Shown here in pieces: positions 58,788 through 64,000 of a DNA stretch of 64,000 nt. This DNA is from Faecousia sp. (GTDB taxonomy: Bacteria; Bacillota; Clostridia; Oscillospirales; Oscillospiraceae). The notes under the pieces were generated by a model. The model was not told the DNA's origin and did not search any database. It saw nothing but the letters and a program-made list of their open reading frames with translations. The position numbers and the translations under genes were made by a program. Each line of letters opens with the position of its first letter. Position 1 is the stretch's first letter. The stretch lies in the NCBI GenBank assembly GCA_045646805.1, contig JAZRLK010000104.1, positions 1,704-65,703 on the forward strand. The letters run 5' to 3'.

Positions 58788-60599
58788 TTAGCTATTGTCT
58801 GTCAGCGACTGCATTGCACTAACGGGGTCAGCGTAGAACTGCTCCAAAAGTTTCAATATCTCCACACGCCGCTGGGCAAAAAACTCCGAATTCTCCCGTT
58901 CCGGAATCATGCCCTTATATAGACCGTCATACAGACAGTCCATCAATTCTTTCGGGTCGTAATCGGTGCCATTGGTCTCATTATAGGCGATGATAGCACT
59001 CTCGATCATCCAAAGATACTCATAATCCTCTAAGCCCTCCCGGATGCTCTCCAAGCGACGGGAAGAAACTGGTCCAAAAATATCAAATTTCTCACCAGGA
59101 TACAAAAGCTGACCGTCGCCTACCGTGTTTAAGAATACAGAAGGATAAATATAGGTATCTTCTGTTTGGTAGTAGTTCACGCACCAGTAGATCATACCTT
59201 CTACATCATACTCAAACATCATCCACGGCACAATGCGGGTCACGATACCATCGTCGTCCATATGGAAGTTGGGGAATGGTACACGAGGACTTTCACAGCC
59301 GTACCACCACAGTCCCTCTCCGTATTCACGCTCGGAGTTATCCCGGCGGTCATAATAGGTCTTCCGCTGTTCCTCGGAATGCCAAGTATGGAATTGGCCG
59401 CACCATGTCTGTACACCACCCACGGTATCTGAGCCGACCATTTCTGCATTGTAAGCAGAGGTAACAATATGAGGTAACGACATCAGAGAATCATACAGAT
59501 CCGGGTATCGATCCTTAAAATAGGTATTAGCTACTTCGGCCTTACACTGGGTGATGATCAGATCACAATCCCGCGCTGTCTGCATACGAGCTCCCGCAGG
59601 TTCATCGCAAATAGAGCCTAAATAGAAAGTAGCCTTTTTGAATAAATCAATTTCCATATCCCCAGCCTGACGCAATTCAATATTCTTTTCCGCCAGTGCC
59701 ATCAATACCTGTGTCACCCGTTCCGGGGAAAGGGAACGCTCGTCACCATTTATATTGGCAATATACGGCAGCGAATAGGTAGAGATATTGGGATCTGTAG
59801 CTTTTTCTGCCGCCCAATCCGAATATTCCTCCATATTATTCACATTCCATATAGGATTCTGAGCCTTTGTGGGCATCAGCCGTTTGCTGACCAAAAAGTC
59901 ATAATAGGCTTTTCCCAGTTCCTCAGAGTAATAGCCTTCTCCATCTTCAATTAAGTCATACCAAATATCAAACAAGGTGTGCACATGGTTTTCTTCAGGT
60001 ATTACTGCATCATATACTGCAACCGTAACCGGAATCTGATATGTTACCCCATCCAGATCCAGTGTCCCTGTTCCAGTATATGTGCCGGCATTTTGCTCAG
60101 CTGGGATATTGACCTGAATCCAAATGCCTTGGTTTTGGTTAGCCTGAATGGTATCATATCCCTTTTGTTGATAGTTCTTAATCGGCACAAGCGCGTCGGG
60201 ATAAAAACCGTAATAGGCACTGGTATTATAGGATTCTGTGATTTCTGTATACCATTGAGCATAAATTTCAAACTGCTCCGCACAGAGTATAGATCCATCA
60301 GGACTTGTGAGATCACCCATTTGATAATCGAAACTACCAACATTTGCTTCCGGGGTAATCATCAACTGGACAGACTCCACATCCCCCCGGATGCCATCCA
60401 TCCGCAAAGCAGCATCCCTATGCTCCATCAGTTCCGGATACTGTATATCCTTCATAAGATTTTCTGTGTTATATGCCCACCAAAGCTTGACATTTTCCGG
60501 TTTGGATTCATCCTTACCAACGCCGCAAGCAGAAAAACCGCTACACAACACCGTAAGTACGAGAATTAAAGATAGGAATTTCTTGGTAGTATCTTTCAT
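58788..60599 (-). CDS. DUF4091 glycoside hydrolase lipoprotein (GH123-like)
   Basis: Lipobox FSAC; PDAL.P, DEP, WWY.C, GDG.L.YPG, S.R.E..REG.EDYE. Confidence 0.75.
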   Translation of the reverse strand: MKDTTKKFLSLILVLTVLCSGFSACGVGKDESKPENVKLWWAYNTENLMKDIQYPELMEHRDAALRMDGIRGDVESVQLMITPEANVGSFDYQMGDLTSPDGSILCAEQFEIYAQWYTEITESYNTSAYYGFYPDALVPIKNYQQKGYDTIQANQNQGIWIQVNIPAEQNAGTYTGTGTLDLDGVTYQIPVTVAVYDAVIPEENHVHTLFDIWYDLIEDGEGYYSEELGKAYYDFLVSKRLMPTKAQNPIWNVNNMEEYSDWAAEKATDPNISTYSLPYIANINGDERSLSPERVTQVLMALAEKNIELRQAGDMEIDLFKKATFYLGSICDEPAGARMQTARDCDLIITQCKAEVANTYFKDRYPDLYDSLMSLPHIVTSAYNAEMVGSDTVGGVQTWCGQFHTWHSEEQRKTYYDRRDNSEREYGEGLWWYGCESPRVPFPNFHMDDDGIVTRIVPWMMFEYDVEGMIYWCVNYYQTEDTYIYPSVFLNTVGDGQLLYPGEKFDIFGPVSSRRLESIREGLEDYEYLWMIESAIIAYNETNGTDYDPKELMDCLYDGLYKGMIPERENSEFFAQRRVEILKLLEQFYADPVSAMQSLTDNS

Positions 60600-60622
60600 A
60601 GTAGGCACCTTATTTCAGTTTT

Positions 60623-62485
60623 TTACACAATGCCGGAAGAAAACGCCGGTATCCACCAGTTATTGCAGTAACCTTCTGTTTCTCCCATTTCTTGATTGGG
60701 TCGGCAGTCAATGGTCAACCGTTCTTCATCCAGTTCTTCCAAACGGTCAATCTGACCGTCCAAATAAAGGTTGATTCTAAAAATTGCAGTTTCCATCCGG
60801 GATTCCAAGCCGCCCAAACGCAAATCCAAGCACTCGTAGCCATTGGCTTTACACTCTGCCATCCATTGTATATAGGCACTCTTATGGAAAGCGATCATTC
60901 TTTCCCGCAGCTCCGGCAGCACTTCATCTGCTATTTCTTTTAAGGCTGCCTTATCCCCTGCCTTGTATGCCATTTGTGCATCTACACCAACACGGCTCTT
61001 GATTTCCAGTACGCTGCACAGCTTTGCCAGTGTATCATACATATAGCCATAAGAAGGGCTTCTTTTTCCGGCTTCTGCAATCAATTTTGCCGCATTTTTG
61101 TATTTTTCCGGGTATTGGGGGGTTGTATGCCGTTCTGCCAAGCCGCCTAAAATATCCATATACAGCAAATATTTAGACGGATTGCTGGCGTGACAGATCC
61201 AATGATTCTCGTCCACCCAGTTCGGCAAATCCAACAGTAGCATATCCGCAAAGCTCTCGCCAGTGCAGGCTAGCATACGCTGCGCAAGCACCTCATCGCT
61301 TACATCGCCCTGATAGCAAAACTCTGCATACTGCTGCATAACCGGCAAGATACACATAAAGGATGCCTCGTTGCCGTTGTCACCCCACGCGGTGACAAGC
61401 ACTTCATCTACCCCCTTATCCAAACAGGATTGCAAGGCAATTCTTGTCTGGTAAATACTCTTTTTCAGAGCCGGGCCATGACCAAGCCAGCGCCAAGCAC
61501 CGCCTGCAAAAATCACCTTATTATGGAATTTCAGGTGGCTATCCAAATACTGATCGTAAGCCTCTTTGGTTTCGTGGTAATAATCCCAATAAACAAGCTC
61601 TGCATTGGGATGCACCAATTCAATGACAGCAGGGTCGATCTCCGATCCGGCCGGCGGATAGTACTCACCATCAAATCCCAATCTGAAGAACATATCGCTC
61701 CAGATCATCGGCTTAAAGCCGTATTTTTCACAAATGGCATTCACCCGCTCTAAATGTCGGCAGAAAATCACTTCCCGTTTCTCAAAGCCAAACTTATCCA
61801 AGTGTTTTCCAAGGCCCATATAATGAGCCTCATCCATACCAATGTGGATGCGATTTGTGTGGAAGCTATTACGGCATGCACGAATCATCGCTTCGATAAA
61901 TTTATAGCTTTCCTCTTCATCGCACAGCAAAACATTATCAATGTCCTTAATGTTATGAAAACAGGGCCAAACAAAAGCGCGCTCCATATGGCCTAAGGTT
62001 TGAATACAAGGAATTAGTTCAATGCCGTAGCACTCGGCATAGGCATCCATTTCCTTCAGTTCATCGCAGGAGTAACGGCCGCGCATATAACCAAAGTAAG
62101 GATATTCCGGCACTTCATAAGTATCCTCTGTATAAAGCATCAGGGTGTCCAAGCCCATCAGAGCCATATATCGGATAAACTTTTTGACTACATCGAGCTT
62201 CATCACACCGTTACGGGAGCAATCCAGCATCATACCGTCCATCTTAAAACGGGCAGGCTGGGTGGTGCTGTAATTTTCCTCATTTGCGTGTTCTGCCAAC
62301 AGGCCAAGTCCACGGAACAGCTCAACCCGACGGCCATATGTAATGGTGGCAGTATTATTATTTTTCTCAACAATCAGGCTTGCACCCTTTTGATGACAGA
62401 TGTTTAACTTAATATCTGATGAAAAGGAAAGCTGCTGCAAAATCTCCTCGATTTGAGGATCGGTGTTATTCCAGATAATTGCCAT
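60623..62485 (-). CDS. Beta-N-acetylhexosaminidase (GH20, GcnA-like)
   Basis: DCSRN, YTEDT, QTLGH, HIGMDE, WSDM, WGD.G.E. Confidence 0.88.
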   Translation of the reverse strand: MAIIWNNTDPQIEEILQQLSFSSDIKLNICHQKGASLIVEKNNNTATITYGRRVELFRGLGLLAEHANEENYSTTQPARFKMDGMMLDCSRNGVMKLDVVKKFIRYMALMGLDTLMLYTEDTYEVPEYPYFGYMRGRYSCDELKEMDAYAECYGIELIPCIQTLGHMERAFVWPCFHNIKDIDNVLLCDEEESYKFIEAMIRACRNSFHTNRIHIGMDEAHYMGLGKHLDKFGFEKREVIFCRHLERVNAICEKYGFKPMIWSDMFFRLGFDGEYYPPAGSEIDPAVIELVHPNAELVYWDYYHETKEAYDQYLDSHLKFHNKVIFAGGAWRWLGHGPALKKSIYQTRIALQSCLDKGVDEVLVTAWGDNGNEASFMCILPVMQQYAEFCYQGDVSDEVLAQRMLACTGESFADMLLLDLPNWVDENHWICHASNPSKYLLYMDILGGLAERHTTPQYPEKYKNAAKLIAEAGKRSPSYGYMYDTLAKLCSVLEIKSRVGVDAQMAYKAGDKAALKEIADEVLPELRERMIAFHKSAYIQWMAECKANGYECLDLRLGGLESRMETAIFRINLYLDGQIDRLEELDEERLTIDCRPNQEMGETEGYCNNWWIPAFSSGIV

Positions 62486-62499
62486 ACTTTTTTCTCCTT

Positions 62500-63690
62500 T
62501 TACAAAAACGCAAGGTATACACCGGCAGTCCAGCCCATCATAGGCGGTGCGTTATACTCTGCATTGACGACTTCCCCGGTAATGGCGTTATACTTCTCCC
62601 ACAATTTACCTGTCTTAGAGAAATTTTGTTCCAGCAAATTTTTATACCGTTTGGCAATTTCATCAGCCAAATCCGGTTTTCCAGCATTTCGGCACGCCAT
62701 ATATGCAACATACTGCAACGGTGCCCAAACATTAGGATATTCCCACTGCATATCATAGTTATATCCAGATTTTGCAGTACAGGTCACGCCGAAAGGCAAC
62801 AGAAGGTCGTTCTGCAAAACTTCTATTACAGCATCCGGATCATGGGCTAATCCCAAATAGAGAGGAAATAATGAGGCCACTGAAACCACAGGACTATGCC
62901 TCTGATTTTGGTAATCCCAGTCCAAATAGAAGCCCTTTTCCTTGGAGAACAACCACATATCCATCTTTTCCTTGCGGCTTGCTGCTCTTTCGTCCCAAAG
63001 GAATTCCTCACCTTTACCCAAGATATTGCTAAACCGTGCCATAGCAGTTTCCAGGCCGTACAGCAGTGTATTTAGGTCCACAGGATTATAGTAAGGACCT
63101 TGCAATTCGAAACGATAGCAGCAATCCCAGCCGCTTTCCCCCATCGTACTGCCTACATTGACTGCCTGGGTCTTGCTGACAGCATCCAAGCCGGGGATAC
63201 GCGTTTTCCAGTATTCATACAGCCCATCTGCCTCTTGCGAAGTGGAAATCTTGGTATTGCCGTAGTAGTTTAGCCCATTGGGTGCTAAACGATGGGTCAT
63301 CCAATAATCGTATTCCTTGGCAATGCTGTCATAGTGGGAATCCAGCCATAGGTCATCCTTGGTCACATCGTAAATATCCCATACCATTCGGTAATAGACC
63401 GGCGGCTGGCTTTTCTCCAAAAAGTGCCGTTTCGTACCATTGGGCATATAGCCAAACCGCTGGATCATATGACGAATGTTATCCGTATTATAAATTGCCT
63501 GCTGGATTTTACCGGACTTAATCAGTCCTACATTGGTAAAATGGGTATCCCAGTAAAACATGCAGTCAAAAATATCTCCCGGGGAAGGAACTGTATACGG
63601 AAAAGGCAGCCCAAACCGGTTCTCTAAATCCTCTTTATTTTCCAAAACAGACAATGGGAAATTTTTATCAATGAATTCCAGTACTGTCAT
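62500..63690 (-). CDS. Trehalase-family glycoside hydrolase (GH37)
   Basis: FYWD, SQPP, ESGWD, QW..PN.WAP, EKYN, GWT.G. Confidence 0.85.
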   Translation of the reverse strand: MTVLEFIDKNFPLSVLENKEDLENRFGLPFPYTVPSPGDIFDCMFYWDTHFTNVGLIKSGKIQQAIYNTDNIRHMIQRFGYMPNGTKRHFLEKSQPPVYYRMVWDIYDVTKDDLWLDSHYDSIAKEYDYWMTHRLAPNGLNYYGNTKISTSQEADGLYEYWKTRIPGLDAVSKTQAVNVGSTMGESGWDCCYRFELQGPYYNPVDLNTLLYGLETAMARFSNILGKGEEFLWDERAASRKEKMDMWLFSKEKGFYLDWDYQNQRHSPVVSVASLFPLYLGLAHDPDAVIEVLQNDLLLPFGVTCTAKSGYNYDMQWEYPNVWAPLQYVAYMACRNAGKPDLADEIAKRYKNLLEQNFSKTGKLWEKYNAITGEVVNAEYNAPPMMGWTAGVYLAFL

Positions 63691-63717
63691 AGATATTCCC
63701 TACCTTATTATAATGAT

Positions 63718-64000
63718 TTACCAGAAGAATCTGTTTGCTGTAAAGTGTTCCTTACGGAAACCCCAGCACATAACCGGATCTTTTTCCACCTCTGCCTCCG
63801 TTTTATTGCAAAAAGGAAGACGCTTTTCATCCATTTCTTCAATAGTATCAATATCGCCGCCCAGGTACGCTTTGATTTGGCGAATGGCACAATTTACACG
63901 GGCACTAACGCCGCCCAACCGAAGATCCATCACTTCATATCCGGAGCGTTTAAATTCCTTTACCCAACGCAATTCCAAACTTGCCCGGAATGTTTCCAAA
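63718..64000 (-). CDS. C-terminus of a second GH20-like hexosaminidase (partial)
   Basis: GYE.MDLRLGG...R...YL.G.ID.IEE.DE.RL matches the C-terminus of 60623..62485. Confidence 0.75.
   Translation of the reverse strand, partial: LETFRASLELRWVKEFKRSGYEVMDLRLGGVSARVNCAIRQIKAYLGGDIDTIEEMDEKRLPFCNKTEAEVEKDPVMCWGFRKEHFTANRFFW

Overview
Window from a spore-forming Bacillota (Clostridia; gene content and repeat types look Oscillospiraceae/Ruminococcaceae-like, which is an inference). 1-26.4 kb is mostly core genome: purL end and guaB; a displaced 3' tRNA-Arg(CCT) fragment; a secreted transglutaminase-like protein; a Phe T-box-controlled acyl-CoA ligase/iorAB/paaK/ACT operon; an amino-acid ABC transporter with two HisR-type operators and a TrpR-like regulator; a dif-like site with xerD and xerC where gene orientation flips (probable terminus region); pfkA, radA, a cwlD-like amidase and cotJ genes. 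cotJC is cut off at ~26405 by foreign DNA. That accessory region has no integrase in this window. It carries a ~17-kb, 16-gene envelope operon (SPFH/YdjI-like, YdjG-like Zn-ribbon, TPM/YdjH-like, two DUF4428-like proteins, lipoproteins, five modular surface proteins) behind a membrane-bound LuxR regulator and a 16-bp perfect inverted repeat. It also carries a second Mn catalase, MATE/NifX-like genes, a second copy of the element-end sequence, a dead IS200, and an XRE-Fic-type I R-M-Abi-alpha-like defence block with REP-like palindromes read in frame inside HsdR and HsdM. The window ends in a glycoside hydrolase/alkaline phosphatase cluster. All family calls come from motif recognition by eye, not from database searches.
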